This document shows, piece by piece, positions 37,015-47,735 of a stretch of DNA of 64,000 bases. The position numbers and the translations under genes were made by a program. This stretch comes from Escherichia phage ECO71P1, in sequence record OP172789; one strand, given 5' to 3'. Numbering within the stretch: the first letter of the stretch is position 1; each line of letters starts with the position of its first letter. The notes under the pieces are model-generated. The model was not told the DNA's origin. It saw nothing but the letters and a program-made list of their open reading frames with translations, and did not search any database.

Positions 37015-37431
37015 TTACCCCTTGTTTGGAGTCTCGCCGCTGAGGAATGGCGCGATTAATCGCATCGATTCGCCAATAAATGCTGCAGCCATTTCGCCGC
37101 CAGCTTGTTCCCAGTATCCTTCACGTTCAGCGTGAGTCTCTGGGTTTATTCCGTTTTCCATCAACACTGCTTCGAAAACCAATTTTAAGTTTTCCCAGTC
37201 GCCAAGATGGTTGTCAATAAGTGCGCCAGTGCTCAGAGGAATTTCTTGCCCGACATCAAGTTCAACCTTCGCAAAGCTTAATACTTCCATTGTGTATTCT
37301 GAACGAAAGGCAGGGTCTTTTGACATCGCAAATTCGATGAATCGGCGCTGTATGTTCCAACCTTCCATCGCAGTCATTTTGCTGATTTTAATTTCTACTT
37401 TACGACCAGTTTGTTTATTGGTGATCTTCAT
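37015..37431 (-). CDS. putative tail assembly chaperone
   Basis: 138 aa acidic protein immediately upstream of tape measure. Confidence 0.35.
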   Translation of the reverse strand: MKITNKQTGRKVEIKISKMTAMEGWNIQRRFIEFAMSKDPAFRSEYTMEVLSFAKVELDVGQEIPLSTGALIDNHLGDWENLKLVFEAVLMENGINPETHAEREGYWEQAGGEMAAAFIGESMRLIAPFLSGETPNKG

Positions 37432-37432
37432 T

Positions 37433-37993
37433 TTATATTCCTACTGTTGATTTTATTTTATTATATAACGAACTCACAGTTGTAGTCAAACTGACTGGCT
37501 CTTTAATAGCCACGCCATTTGACGATTCATCTGCGGACTGTTTAGGGTCAAAGCTTCCCTGAATACTAAATGACGTCTGTTCAAATGTTATTACAATTGA
37601 GACTCCATTCAGGTTTTCTTCTGACTGAGTTATTTCGACATCAGACATCGACATTTTGCTTGCAATTATGCTTCGAGAAGTTATTGAAAATGTAACTTCA
37701 TCATTGTCGAATGTATTAATTATGTTTTCAATAGTCGATTGGTCGTTGCAAATTACGTTTAGCGCCATGTGCGCTGGCATTATTACTTTTGCCGCCTGTA
37801 GATTGCTTACTGAGGATGTGCTTGATACTTCCACCACCTGCATCGCCGTTCCAGCAAGTGGAAATTGAGTAGTTTCTGCTGGTGATGTTATTTCTGCAGA
37901 TACTGGAGAAAGCTTTGTCCATACAGGAATCCCTGTTGACTCATTCGTTATGGTCAGAGATTGACCAGAGAGCAGAATCGAAACAAAGTCCAT
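37433..37993 (-). CDS. hypothetical tail protein
   Basis: 186 aa ORF in tail module. Confidence 0.4.
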   Translation of the reverse strand: MDFVSILLSGQSLTITNESTGIPVWTKLSPVSAEITSPAETTQFPLAGTAMQVVEVSSTSSVSNLQAAKVIMPAHMALNVICNDQSTIENIINTFDNDEVTFSITSRSIIASKMSMSDVEITQSEENLNGVSIVITFEQTSFSIQGSFDPKQSADESSNGVAIKEPVSLTTTVSSLYNKIKSTVGI

Positions 37994-38526
37994 CAGAACA
38001 TCCCCTTGATGCCATTCATCACCTTTGTTGCAACGCCAGTGACGCTGGCAGTAGTCTCTTTTATATAAGCGATGCCGCGCTCAATGACAGTGGAGTCGGC
38101 TGCTTGCGCTGTTTGAATAGACACATCCTGCTGTGTTAATATCTCATGGAAGACCAGTTGTATGGGTTGTGAGGTTATATTGTCAGCATCTTGGCTGAAA
38201 TTGTTATTTTGCAGCACCATACGTTCAAAGATTAGCCCACGAGAATTTATTGTGTATATCGTGGACCTGTTCTGCAACATCTTTGCGATTGCGTCGGACG
38301 CGCTTTTTGTCTGTGCTATTACAGTCACAGTCAATATTCTAGGCATTTTGACTCTGCCATCGACGATATAGCTTCCGTCTTCCCTTTGGTTTTTGAATAT
38401 CTTTGCTTGGAGTCTTATTTTTACGTTAACAATAGCCCAACCAAGCGTTGACACTTCCCCAAGGTTGAAGCTTCTTATTTTGAAGCTTCTGTTTGAAAGA
38501 CTATATGACAATAAATCGATAGCCAT
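37993..38526 (-). CDS. hypothetical tail protein
   Basis: 177 aa ORF. Confidence 0.4.
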   Translation of the reverse strand: MAIDLLSYSLSNRSFKIRSFNLGEVSTLGWAIVNVKIRLQAKIFKNQREDGSYIVDGRVKMPRILTVTVIAQTKSASDAIAKMLQNRSTIYTINSRGLIFERMVLQNNNFSQDADNITSQPIQLVFHEILTQQDVSIQTAQAADSTVIERGIAYIKETTASVTGVATKVMNGIKGMF

Positions 38527-39023
38527 TAAATTGACCCCAATATGCTCTGCACCACGCCTTTTGCAATTTGCGATGTGCTCTGTGCGCCGCCGTAGCTGGC
38601 AAACACGAATGTGTATCTGTTTGTCTTGCGACGACCTGATTGCTCAATGGAGTCGCCAAGCGGACCGCTGATGATGGTCCCGTTCGAAAATGCTACTCTG
38701 CCGCCGTCAGGATATGTAATAAGCATTGATGTGACATCCTGGATAGGAAGCCACTTGAATCCGCCTTTACGAGCGGAAAGCAAAAGCTTTAGGTTTATGT
38801 CGTCTTCAGTGTTTGGGATCACTGCAATGGATACGCGAACGACGGCGGCCTTGTCATAAATACAAATGCCGCCGTCGTAAGTAAGTTGATAGCCTACTGA
38901 TTCAACTTCCTCAATAATTAGCGAATCCTGGTCATCAGACAAAGAACTGATATTCAGCCCAACAGGAAAAGATTGGAGAGCGACAATTCTAATGCTTGTG
39001 CCAAATCCACTAATATTGACCAT
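38526..39023 (-). CDS. tail tube-family protein, paralogue A
   Basis: MVNISGFGTSIRIVALQSFP... paralogous to the 39974-40441 product. Confidence 0.45.
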   Translation of the reverse strand: MVNISGFGTSIRIVALQSFPVGLNISSLSDDQDSLIIEEVESVGYQLTYDGGICIYDKAAVVRVSIAVIPNTEDDINLKLLLSARKGGFKWLPIQDVTSMLITYPDGGRVAFSNGTIISGPLGDSIEQSGRRKTNRYTFVFASYGGAQSTSQIAKGVVQSILGSI

Positions 39024-39025
39024 GT

Positions 39026-39292
39026 TTACTCCGCAGATGCAGATTTAACTGCTGCAAGAATTTCATCCTTATAAGAAAGACCTTTGATGTCAATCTCATG
39101 TTCCTTTGCATAAGCCTTCAATGCAGAGACGCTCATTGAATCAAAATCAACTTTCGATTCTACTGCCCTCTCTTCAACCTGTTCTTTCTTCTCCGCAACA
39201 GGGTTTGAAGTCTTTTTGAATAATTCCGATGCGTCTTCAAATTTTTCGCCAAATTTCATGACGCCATTAGCAAAATGAATTACTTGTGCCAT
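39026..39292 (-). CDS. hypothetical protein
   Basis: 88 aa ORF. Confidence 0.4.
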   Translation of the reverse strand: MAQVIHFANGVMKFGEKFEDASELFKKTSNPVAEKKEQVEERAVESKVDFDSMSVSALKAYAKEHEIDIKGLSYKDEILAAVKSASAE

Positions 39293-39648
39293 TATTGATT
39301 ACTCACCTTTATACGTTCGCCATAAATAGTCACCACTTCAGCGGTGAATCCAAGAATACCGTTTTGGATGGTGACAGTCAATGAGTCGATTCCGGCAACG
39401 TCTGCTTTCTTCAGAATAGCATCTGCAATCGACTTTCTCGCACCGTCTTCATCAACGGGCGATTTGAAAACAGTGCCTAAATAATCGACTCCGTTTTCAA
39501 CATCGTACAAGTCTTCACCAAGTCGCATTTGATGCGCTGCCTTGATAACTTGTACCATGGCCTTTTCTCCTGACAGAATATTCAAATTTCTTCCATCAGG
39601 CAGAAACAGGTCGTTGTTATCATTAACTTCAATCGTTAGAGTTGTCAA
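39292..39648 (-). CDS. hypothetical tail protein
   Basis: 118 aa ORF. Confidence 0.4.
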   Translation of the reverse strand: MTTLTIEVNDNNDLFLPDGRNLNILSGEKAMVQVIKAAHQMRLGEDLYDVENGVDYLGTVFKSPVDEDGARKSIADAILKKADVAGIDSLTVTIQNGILGFTAEVVTIYGERIKVSNQ

Positions 39649-39974
39649 ATTGCAAACTCCGCTTCAGCAGTTTTCTGGAATTCAGCCAACTCAGATTCTG
39701 ACATGTAATATAAATTACAGCCACCAGAGTTAAAATTCTCATAATCGGGTGCGCTGTCAAAAATAAAATTGCCGTACCCAATCATGAGATATTTATAAGG
39801 CACCATTGGTATACCACCAAAACAGCGCACCCCTTGAATCAACAATTCGCCATTGCGGTAAACATCTGCGCACATGTGCTCAATTGCGGCGAATATGTGC
39901 AGCTGCCAATAAGCCCCGTCAACGTTAAAGCTGATATTCTGGTTAGGTACGCTGTCAAGTGGTATTTGATACAT
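39645..39974 (-). CDS. hypothetical protein
   Basis: 109 aa ORF. Confidence 0.4.
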   Translation of the reverse strand: MYQIPLDSVPNQNISFNVDGAYWQLHIFAAIEHMCADVYRNGELLIQGVRCFGGIPMVPYKYLMIGYGNFIFDSAPDYENFNSGGCNLYYMSESELAEFQKTAEAEFAI

Positions 39975-40441
39975 TATAAAATCTCTTGGTTGCTCACGCC
40001 AGTTTTGACTACGTTCTCAAACTTAAAGCGATATTGACGTGTTTTTACACGACCCTGAGACTGGATGCCAGGAATTACTGAACCAGTCGTCAAAGTGCCC
40101 TTGTTCAGTGTAATGACCATGCCAGAAGGGTAGGTCAGAATAAGGGTGATCACGTCTTTCGCAGAGTTCTTGCGCTTGCCTACACGGTTAGCCGCAGCCA
40201 GAACATCTAAGTTCACATCGCTTTCAGAAGTAGGGATGATGTTGACGCCTACTTCAAGAGGGTTGGCACGGTTCCAGACTACCAGGTCACCGTTCAATCC
40301 CATTGCCGCTTCAGAGATTTGAAGATCAGGCGCGTCAATCGGATCAGCATCATCTGCGAAATCAGAAAGAGTTACACCATTTGGAAAAGTGCTTGATGCC
40401 ACTAAACGAATCGAAGCGCCAAAACCGGAAACGTTAATCAT
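39974..40441 (-). CDS. tail tube protein, paralogue B (likely the main tube, adjacent to sheath)
   Basis: MINVSGFGASIRLVASSTFP...; directly downstream of sheath gene. Confidence 0.45.
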   Translation of the reverse strand: MINVSGFGASIRLVASSTFPNGVTLSDFADDADPIDAPDLQISEAAMGLNGDLVVWNRANPLEVGVNIIPTSESDVNLDVLAAANRVGKRKNSAKDVITLILTYPSGMVITLNKGTLTTGSVIPGIQSQGRVKTRQYRFKFENVVKTGVSNQEIL

Positions 40442-40488
40442 TACAGATTCCTCTCAGAGAGATGGCCGCCAGTTACGGCGGCAATTAT

Positions 40489-42027
40489 TTAGATAAGAAC
40501 GTCACGACCTTCAACGCGACGCACAGCATCATCTTTAGAGTAGATTAGCGTGTATGTTGCATAGTATTCGGTGCGCCCATCGGAAGTGGTTTCAGTATCA
40601 AAATCTACAGTCAGCCAGTAACCGATAGTTTCAACCTGCCGCCAAGCGGTGTTGTCACCGGAAGTTTGCGTGATGTATTGTTTCTGAATCTCAGTCAGCG
40701 CCTTGCCAACAGAGATGGTGCCGTTAACCTTCGCATTGTCAACAGCAACTTGAATCATGGCTTGTACAGTCGCTTTACCTTCTTCGTTTGCAGGCACGCG
40801 ACCAAGATTCAAGAACATGCTGAACAGCTGAGAAGTGATAGCAGATTTAAGCCACATCTCGTTGGCATAAGTGTTCATGTCAACTGCTGCGGTAGACCCG
40901 CCCATCAATACGCCGCGCTGGAAGAATGCCAAGGTTTGTCCGGCCTGCTGAGTAGCACCGATGTAGTTCGCACGGTTTTGATCAGCAGTATCTGCGCGAG
41001 AGTCAGTTGAAACAGTCACGTTGCGAGTATCAAACTGATAATACATGTAGTTTTGAGTCGCATTCACAGTATTATAGTTTGTTGCCGCGAGGATTTCAGC
41101 AGGTGCTTGGTCGATGTAATCGTTTGCAAGGTTAGTTGCGCGAATCATCATGCCAACGCCTGAGTACCCTTTCAGAGCGGTGTAGTATGACCCGATATTA
41201 GCGAACGAAGTCGAGAATAAATACATGTACATATTATTCTGCGAATGAGTCCACGCTGCCACAGCGGTAATTTCTTCCAGAGTTCGGTCAGCCCCAGCAA
41301 AAAGGAATGAGCCAAAGTTGTTGGAGATTTCCACAGATGCCGCGATGGCTTCTACCGGACTTGAAACGCCCTGGCCTGCAACGGTTACGGTGCCAGTGGT
41401 GGTCCAACCCAATGCCTGAGACGGGTCGGTCGGTTGGCCTGTGACGTTGATAGACAGATTGCCTGCACCAGCGGTCGACGGCGCTGCTTCCAGCGTGAAC
41501 TGCTGAGTATTAGCGTTCCAATACACTTCTGCATCAGCAAGTGCAGGCACCGACGTGCCACCTTCTGCTGCAAATTTAGTATTGATTGCCGTTTCCAGAA
41601 GTTCAGCCACATTTGCCAGGCTTGTTGCCGCTGAAAGGTTAATTGCGTCAGTCAGGTAGTCTGTGCCATCATAAGTGATGCTTAAGATAGCGCCAGTGAA
41701 TGCTTGAAACGTAGCAAGCACTTTAGGCTCAGTATCACCGATGACCATTGCTGGAATCGCAGTTGAAACAATACGCGAGAAGCTGATTGAATCAGGCGAG
41801 TTAATTTGCTTGCTGATGAATCCAAAATATAATGCTGCGCGCTTATATTCTTCGGAAGAATAACCGAAATATGATCCAACAGCATCAGCCGTTGAAAATT
41901 CTGCTACAATGCCTGGCGGCAGAACTGTATTAGAAGTCATGACGCGAAGCGACAGTTTGCGAACTGCAACAGCCGCGCCTGCTCCGACCCCTGATACAAT
42001 TTTAATATAACGAGATTGACTGATCAC
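40489..42027 (-). CDS. tail sheath protein
   Basis: 512 aa, position before the tube gene, size typical of contractile sheath. Confidence 0.5.
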   Translation of the reverse strand: MISQSRYIKIVSGVGAGAAVAVRKLSLRVMTSNTVLPPGIVAEFSTADAVGSYFGYSSEEYKRAALYFGFISKQINSPDSISFSRIVSTAIPAMVIGDTEPKVLATFQAFTGAILSITYDGTDYLTDAINLSAATSLANVAELLETAINTKFAAEGGTSVPALADAEVYWNANTQQFTLEAAPSTAGAGNLSINVTGQPTDPSQALGWTTTGTVTVAGQGVSSPVEAIAASVEISNNFGSFLFAGADRTLEEITAVAAWTHSQNNMYMYLFSTSFANIGSYYTALKGYSGVGMMIRATNLANDYIDQAPAEILAATNYNTVNATQNYMYYQFDTRNVTVSTDSRADTADQNRANYIGATQQAGQTLAFFQRGVLMGGSTAAVDMNTYANEMWLKSAITSQLFSMFLNLGRVPANEEGKATVQAMIQVAVDNAKVNGTISVGKALTEIQKQYITQTSGDNTAWRQVETIGYWLTVDFDTETTSDGRTEYYATYTLIYSKDDAVRRVEGRDVLI

Positions 42028-42039
42028 GTCGGTGTCCTC

Positions 42040-42525
42040 TTATTTAATGACTTGGCTGCTGACAGATTGCCACATGAGGCTAGTGTGAATCAAAGGCTTG
42101 TCGAATCCCTTCACACGTACAGTATATCTGGCGTTTGGTTGCCACGGTCCGTTTTTAATTGATTCGACAATCTTTGCTTCCATCGCAAGCCCAATTTGAC
42201 CCAATGCCTGTCTAGCGTCTATTTTACCGGAAAAAATCTTTTTAGCAATTTTATTCTCTATTTCACTGCGCTCACTAACGAATAATTCATAGGCATATCT
42301 CATGAATGGTCTGGGTGGCACTTCTACCCTGACTGGGCCTTGTCCAAAGTTCAAAACGGCTATGTGACCAAACTCGTTAAGCCGCGCGACTTCTGACACC
42401 AGCATGCCTTCTCCACCAGTTTCTGAAGGGTATCTGGTAGAATCAAACCATCCTGCCTCAACAGTAAGACCCTTCATAGATTGAAGTGCCTTAATCTGTT
42501 TTTCTATCATTTTTGATTTTGTCAT
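42040..42525 (-). CDS. head-tail joining / tail completion protein
   Basis: Start trimmed to MTKSKMIEK; synteny between head and tail modules. Confidence 0.35.
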   Translation of the reverse strand: MTKSKMIEKQIKALQSMKGLTVEAGWFDSTRYPSETGGEGMLVSEVARLNEFGHIAVLNFGQGPVRVEVPPRPFMRYAYELFVSERSEIENKIAKKIFSGKIDARQALGQIGLAMEAKIVESIKNGPWQPNARYTVRVKGFDKPLIHTSLMWQSVSSQVIK

Positions 42526-42526
42526 A

Positions 42527-43102
42527 TTACACCGGAACGTCACCCAAATCATTATTAACAGCTCTTGCCACTGCAGGAGTATCAATTGAAATTGCGTTTC
42601 TGTGAAGTATTACTAAATCAAAAGAAGGGAATGATTCGAATTGTGACATGTCATCATAAAACTTTTCATTATTATTCATGTCGATTCGATATACTGATGC
42701 CTGATGCTTTTTGAACCAATCTCTCAGATTAGCTTTATGAGTTATGAATCTTGCCAAATAAGTCAATACGTCATTAGCAGTAGGCTTTTCTGGGTCGCCA
42801 GGGACTTCTGGAAATAAGCCACTAATTTGAAAACGTGTTGCGTATATCTGATCTTCAATGTCTTTAAATTTGCCGTTTACAAATTGAGACTCATCATTGA
42901 CAAATTCACTTTTCCTCATGGACCATCCAAAAGGAACTGAGAATAAAAGGTTAAACCAAATTTGATCACCAGTCGGAATGCCCTGTTGAGTCGGTTGATA
43001 CTTTTTCTGGACCGGAACAGCAGAAAGGTCTGCACGACTATACGCCGCCAGACCTTCTTCAATTCGCGTTGCCAGCATGTCAATCAGGTCGACATCTGTC
43101 AT
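42527..43102 (-). CDS. hypothetical head-tail connector protein
   Basis: About 191 aa; GAGGTG RBS before internal ATG. Confidence 0.35.
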   Translation of the reverse strand: MTDVDLIDMLATRIEEGLAAYSRADLSAVPVQKKYQPTQQGIPTGDQIWFNLLFSVPFGWSMRKSEFVNDESQFVNGKFKDIEDQIYATRFQISGLFPEVPGDPEKPTANDVLTYLARFITHKANLRDWFKKHQASVYRIDMNNNEKFYDDMSQFESFPSFDLVILHRNAISIDTPAVARAVNNDLGDVPV

Positions 43103-43109
43103 ATACACC

Positions 43110-43496
43110 TCAAGTAGACACTGGAAAGCTTTGTTTTACTTCCACGGCAAGGCAAGACGTCCAACCATCTTGGTCAAACCATGTCGTTTCATCTTCCATT
43201 TTATACGTTTTCCCACCAAACACAAAATAGTCGCCGGAAGCGTCGCGGTCAAGGTCAACAATGTCTTTGTCTACCCAGATTTTGACATAGTTCTTTTGAA
43301 GCTCTAATCCAAGCTCGACGTATTGATTTCGAAGAACAGCCTGCACCGAAGCAAGTAGCGTGATTGGTTCTTCATAAGTGGTAACGTAGTTGCGCATTTT
43401 ATCAAGAGTGCGCCCCTTGTACATGTAATATTGAATCGGTTGGCGACCGATGACCTTTGTCGCAACTCGATATAAGTTTACGCCAGGAATCCTCAC
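43110..43496 (-). CDS. hypothetical head-tail protein
   Basis: 128 aa ORF. Confidence 0.4.
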   Translation of the reverse strand: MRIPGVNLYRVATKVIGRQPIQYYMYKGRTLDKMRNYVTTYEEPITLLASVQAVLRNQYVELGLELQKNYVKIWVDKDIVDLDRDASGDYFVFGGKTYKMEDETTWFDQDGWTSCLAVEVKQSFPVST

Positions 43497-43957
43497 CAGA
43501 ATACCCCACCAATTTTACGAAATCCTTCGCGCTCTGGAAGCCCACCGAATGACAAGCCGCCAACGGCCAGTGCTTGAAGAAGCGCCCACAGCGCCATGCC
43601 ATAAGGAGTGCTTGACAGCCAGTATTCCCAACCATCACTCGCAGGCGGCGCTACCTTATTCACAGTGATGTCACCGATTGTTGCACCAGTTACGAAGCCG
43701 CCTTGTTCAACTCCGTCACCAGAAGACACAGACACCTGTTGGTCTGCGGCTATGCATAAAAGATGAGCCGTCATATATTCCAATGCCAGCTCCAATTTAC
43801 TGCCATTCAAAACACGACAAGGACTGTCTTGTGATTCAATAAATTCACATGCCATGTCATAGAATACTTGAAGCGTTGTGTCAGGGAATTTTACCTGATC
43901 GGCAAACTGTGGAAATTTTATTCTGAACTTTTCGTAATCTAATGACATGGCATTCAC
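43493..43957 (-). CDS. hypothetical head completion protein
   Basis: 154 aa ORF. Confidence 0.4.
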   Translation of the reverse strand: MNAMSLDYEKFRIKFPQFADQVKFPDTTLQVFYDMACEFIESQDSPCRVLNGSKLELALEYMTAHLLCIAADQQVSVSSGDGVEQGGFVTGATIGDITVNKVAPPASDGWEYWLSSTPYGMALWALLQALAVGGLSFGGLPEREGFRKIGGVFW

Positions 43958-43962
43958 CTTAT

Positions 43963-44427
43963 TTAAACGCGGAACAAATCATCTTCTTGTTCGCCGCTCA
44001 ATTTAACCTTGATGCGCTTGTCAGCCGTCTCACGCGTCATAGGTGCGAACGGGTCATCTGACATGCCGCGCACCTCTTTAGCGACAGCTTTGTGATTGCC
44101 AACAATGTCGTGGTTTACGACTTTAACCAGACCTTTTTCAAGGTGTTGCTTGAATACGTGATGATCTTTTAAATGTTCAAAATCAGCATCGCTTACAACG
44201 GTGACGATTCCTTCAGGAGTCCACAAAGGTGCACCATCAGCGCCTTTTGCCATTTCACCAAAGCCGGAAGTTGCAGAAGTAAGACCCGCGCCGCCCTTAA
44301 TCAGAATCTGTTTGCGAATATTTGGAAGAGCGCCTGAACCAGCTTTTGCGTTCGGGTTTTCTTTCACTTCCGTATAGAAAGTGTAGTTGACTGACATAGA
44401 CATAGTTGAAACGATGTATTTTGGCAT
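43963..44427 (-). CDS. hypothetical structural protein
   Basis: 154 aa; AGGA RBS. Confidence 0.4.
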   Translation of the reverse strand: MPKYIVSTMSMSVNYTFYTEVKENPNAKAGSGALPNIRKQILIKGGAGLTSATSGFGEMAKGADGAPLWTPEGIVTVVSDADFEHLKDHHVFKQHLEKGLVKVVNHDIVGNHKAVAKEVRGMSDDPFAPMTRETADKRIKVKLSGEQEDDLFRV

Positions 44428-44487
44428 TTTGTAGTCCTATTTATATAAGCCTCAGATAAGCCCCTACAGCCCTTGAGGTCTATTGAT

Positions 44488-44517
44488 ATGGGGCGAAGCC
44501 TTTCGACCACGCCCCAT
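44488..44517 (-). terminator. stem-loop immediately downstream of the putative capsid gene
   Basis: ATGGGGCG ... CGCCCCAT 8-bp stem with long loop. Confidence 0.3.
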
Positions 44518-44542
44518 GTGTTTTACTGTGTAATCACAGCAA

Positions 44543-45682
44543 TTAGATACCAGTCATACGGACGACTGCGAAAGGACGCTTAAGCAGAACGCCTGCTGTT
44601 GCGTTTGCGTAGTCTTCAACGTAGCTCTTAGCACGTTTCTCAACGCCCAGAGTCATGAACTTAGTCTGAACCAGCTGGCTGAATACGGAACCATCATCGC
44701 TTGAGCCATCAATTGAGGAATCGATGTGATCAGCGTACAGATATGCCACGTTCAGGAAAGTCGGGTCACTGCCAAGTGCGCCGTTGAGTTCCGGTGCAGA
44801 TTTGATCTTCATCTTCGGATAAGTCTGGGTGATCCAGTCACGTACAGAAATACCGAAGTCGGTGGTGTTTGACAGCCAATCAATAGAGTTGGTCGGCAGC
44901 GCCAGAGTCATATCAACCTTCTCTGGATCAATCTGGTCCTGAGAGTTGACACGGATTTGACGAACCATCAAACGGATGTCTGCAGTCACCTGTTGGAAGG
45001 TCGCAGTAGCCCAGCCGGAAGTGGTGTTTGAAGTCATTGCCGCTGGCAGGTTTGGATCATTCAGGAAGCCGAACGTGCGGTTGTTCCCGTTATACCAACC
45101 ATAGAAGCCGATTGCGTTACGCATGATTTCCAGAGATACAGCAGCCTGCTGGCGCTTGGTCTCTGCAGAGTTCAGACGCATCGCAGACGCGCGGCCTTCT
45201 TCCAGCATGCCGACTGCCATGCCCATTTCACCGCGAACGATGGAACGGCGTTCAAAGTTCACGTTCCAGCTTGCCAGAGGAATAGAGGTGAAATCACCAT
45301 ATTCAACTGCGGTGCCAGCTGGTTCAACGATGCCCTGAACGATTTCTGCATCTTCCCACTGACCAACGGTGTCAATACCAACCAGCTCGTCAATTTTACG
45401 GGCAGCGGTCATGATTTTGACGAAGCCAGGCAGCCACTGTTGCAGGAACTGCAGCGGGGTCGGGATTGATGGCGTGGTCTGCGGCGCAGTAAATGCGGCG
45501 TCACCTACGCGGAAAGCGCCTGCACGGTTTAAGTGCTCAATCTGATCACGCACAATCGCGGAATCAAACACAATACCGATACGCGCAAGCTGGGAAACAG
45601 CCGCGTCGGTCACGGATTGCATATCAAAAGGGCGCACCTTGCTCGCTGGGAGGCGAGAGTGTGTTTGGCTAATGCGAGTCAT
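44543..45682 (-). CDS. putative major capsid protein
   Basis: 379 aa; position after scaffold gene; downstream hairpin. Confidence 0.45.
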   Translation of the reverse strand: MTRISQTHSRLPASKVRPFDMQSVTDAAVSQLARIGIVFDSAIVRDQIEHLNRAGAFRVGDAAFTAPQTTPSIPTPLQFLQQWLPGFVKIMTAARKIDELVGIDTVGQWEDAEIVQGIVEPAGTAVEYGDFTSIPLASWNVNFERRSIVRGEMGMAVGMLEEGRASAMRLNSAETKRQQAAVSLEIMRNAIGFYGWYNGNNRTFGFLNDPNLPAAMTSNTTSGWATATFQQVTADIRLMVRQIRVNSQDQIDPEKVDMTLALPTNSIDWLSNTTDFGISVRDWITQTYPKMKIKSAPELNGALGSDPTFLNVAYLYADHIDSSIDGSSDDGSVFSQLVQTKFMTLGVEKRAKSYVEDYANATAGVLLKRPFAVVRMTGI

Positions 45683-45696
45683 TATTCACCTGCCTA

Positions 45697-46314
45697 TTAA
45701 CGAGTCAATTGTACAATGGTATAAGTGGAAGACTGGACGCTTGGGCCGGAAAGGGCAATAGTCGTCGGGTCAATCACAATACCGCCTGGGATGGCAACCA
45801 TGCCAGTTGGCAATGAGCCAGTATAGGCGATAATTGCACCAATAGGCAAGTTGTTCGGGTTGTTACCGCTGGAAATGCCTTTAGGTACATAAGCAAGCAG
45901 GTCGCCATAGTTAAGCGTCTGCGGACTGGTGCTTGGGTTGAATACTTCAACTACGAGGCCCGTGCACATATCATAGAACTCGCCTTCGCTATATTGAGGC
46001 AGAACCATGCTGGCACCCAAAGGACCAGTAGAGTTGCCATACAGCGCGTAACGCTTGCTATTGCCGAGGATGCCGTAGTAGTTAGTGCCGCCCAGCTCAA
46101 CTTCAAAGTCCTGCGCGCCCAAAGTTTTGGTTTGACCAGTACCCATTAAGGATACGTCAGTCTTAAAACCGAACACACGGCTGATGGCGTTTACGTTTGC
46201 GCCTTCGTTAGCGTTGGCAATTCGGCCTGGCTTCCCACGCTGTGGGCCGTCGCGAACGATGTCGCCAGGAAAGCCAGTTGTATATTGACGGCCTACACTA
46301 GTTTGGAAAGTCAT
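45697..46314 (-). CDS. hypothetical head protein (decoration or accessory)
   Basis: Start trimmed to MTFQTSVG to abut scaffold gene. Confidence 0.35.
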   Translation of the reverse strand: MTFQTSVGRQYTTGFPGDIVRDGPQRGKPGRIANANEGANVNAISRVFGFKTDVSLMGTGQTKTLGAQDFEVELGGTNYYGILGNSKRYALYGNSTGPLGASMVLPQYSEGEFYDMCTGLVVEVFNPSTSPQTLNYGDLLAYVPKGISSGNNPNNLPIGAIIAYTGSLPTGMVAIPGGIVIDPTTIALSGPSVQSSTYTIVQLTR

Positions 46315-46316
46315 GT

Positions 46317-47735
46317 TTATTCCCCTTTCAACCAAGCTTCAAATGCTTCGTCAGTTGCTGCAGAATCCGCAGCGGCCTTTTGTTTTGCGACTACACGCTG
46401 TTTTTGACCGTGTTCAACGCCGCGCAGATAATTATCCACCACGTCAAACTCAGCACCATCAACGCACTTCAAGCCTAACTTTTTAGCGCCATATTTCGCT
46501 ACGGACTTGGAGTCCATAGTTGCATGATCAAAGGCACCAACAACTTTAGACAGGCGCTGGTAGAGGCTATTCTTACGAGCAGAATCAGCGTAGAAAGCAG
46601 CAACTGCTGAATCAGATGCCATTGAGTGTTCCCCTTTTGCTGGACCTGGCGACGCTTTCGCCGCTTTTGTCGGTTTGTCATCTTTTTCGACCGAAGCCCC
46701 CTTTACGTTGCTGTTTTGCAGGCCGCTAACCACATCTTCAGCTTTGTCGCAAGGTGATACATCTTCAGCCTTGACTTCAACTTCTTCGTCTTTGACTTCG
46801 GCTTCAACTTCTTCTTCATCACCTACCGCGCCACCTTTAAGTTTTGCAATAAGTGCTTCGATTTGGCTGATCAGTTGCGGAAGCTCGCCGCCAGCGTGAG
46901 ATTCAGTTTCAACTTCAAACTTCTCTTCACCTTCTGGAGTCTCTTCAGCTTCTGCTTTAACTTCTGGATCAACCATCACTTCTTCACGTTCTTCGGTTGA
47001 ATCCTTCTCTTCTGCTTTCACTTCAACTTCGTCCTGATGAGCAGCTTCGGTGCTCTCTTCATTCAGAAATTGTTCGAGCGCAGGGATCAGTGATTTCAGC
47101 TGTTCAACAGCATTATCACGCGCTTTACCTTTTAACGGTTTTGGCATGTCTAAATCCTCGTTGGATGGTGTTACAGTCGTCAAACAAAGATGGTCAAAGC
47201 AACGACCATCCAGCACCCGTGCACCTGGTACTCGACCAACGTCCACGAGAGCAATGTGGTTGCCGCGAAGAGTTGTCTGTACCACTTCATACGGCTGCCC
47301 GTCAAACTCTCCAGACTGTATGATGAATTCACAGTCATAGCCCAAAGACAAGTCAACCTTTCCAGAATCGATGGCCTTCTTCAGACGACGGCTAAAAACT
47401 TTAAGGTCGCCGCGCATCCATGGCTTGTCATAATAAACATTGCCAGTTAGAACGCCATCAACGCCATACTCTTCGGGTGCTGTGTTATCCTCATCACCTT
47501 CGAATCCAGAAAGCATTTCGTGATTGTCGATGAAAGGGATATTTTTGAATGAATCTATCGCTTCGGGGTCTTTCACCGCTGACTCTGGGCGATAAACTTT
47601 TACGATGCGATTCGGATCACCATCAAGTCCAACCTGACCTGCAGAATAATCAAAAATGCCAAATGACGAAATGGGACAACCCACAATCGTCAAGAATCCA
47701 TTTTTGTCAATTTCGCGTGCCGTTTGCATTCGCAT
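46317..47735 (-). CDS. prohead scaffold/protease-like protein with long acidic Glu-rich linker
   Basis: 472 aa, central EEVEAEVKDEEVEVKAED-type acidic region; GAGGGTGG RBS. Confidence 0.45.
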   Translation of the reverse strand: MRMQTAREIDKNGFLTIVGCPISSFGIFDYSAGQVGLDGDPNRIVKVYRPESAVKDPEAIDSFKNIPFIDNHEMLSGFEGDEDNTAPEEYGVDGVLTGNVYYDKPWMRGDLKVFSRRLKKAIDSGKVDLSLGYDCEFIIQSGEFDGQPYEVVQTTLRGNHIALVDVGRVPGARVLDGRCFDHLCLTTVTPSNEDLDMPKPLKGKARDNAVEQLKSLIPALEQFLNEESTEAAHQDEVEVKAEEKDSTEEREEVMVDPEVKAEAEETPEGEEKFEVETESHAGGELPQLISQIEALIAKLKGGAVGDEEEVEAEVKDEEVEVKAEDVSPCDKAEDVVSGLQNSNVKGASVEKDDKPTKAAKASPGPAKGEHSMASDSAVAAFYADSARKNSLYQRLSKVVGAFDHATMDSKSVAKYGAKKLGLKCVDGAEFDVVDNYLRGVEHGQKQRVVAKQKAAADSAATDEAFEAWLKGE

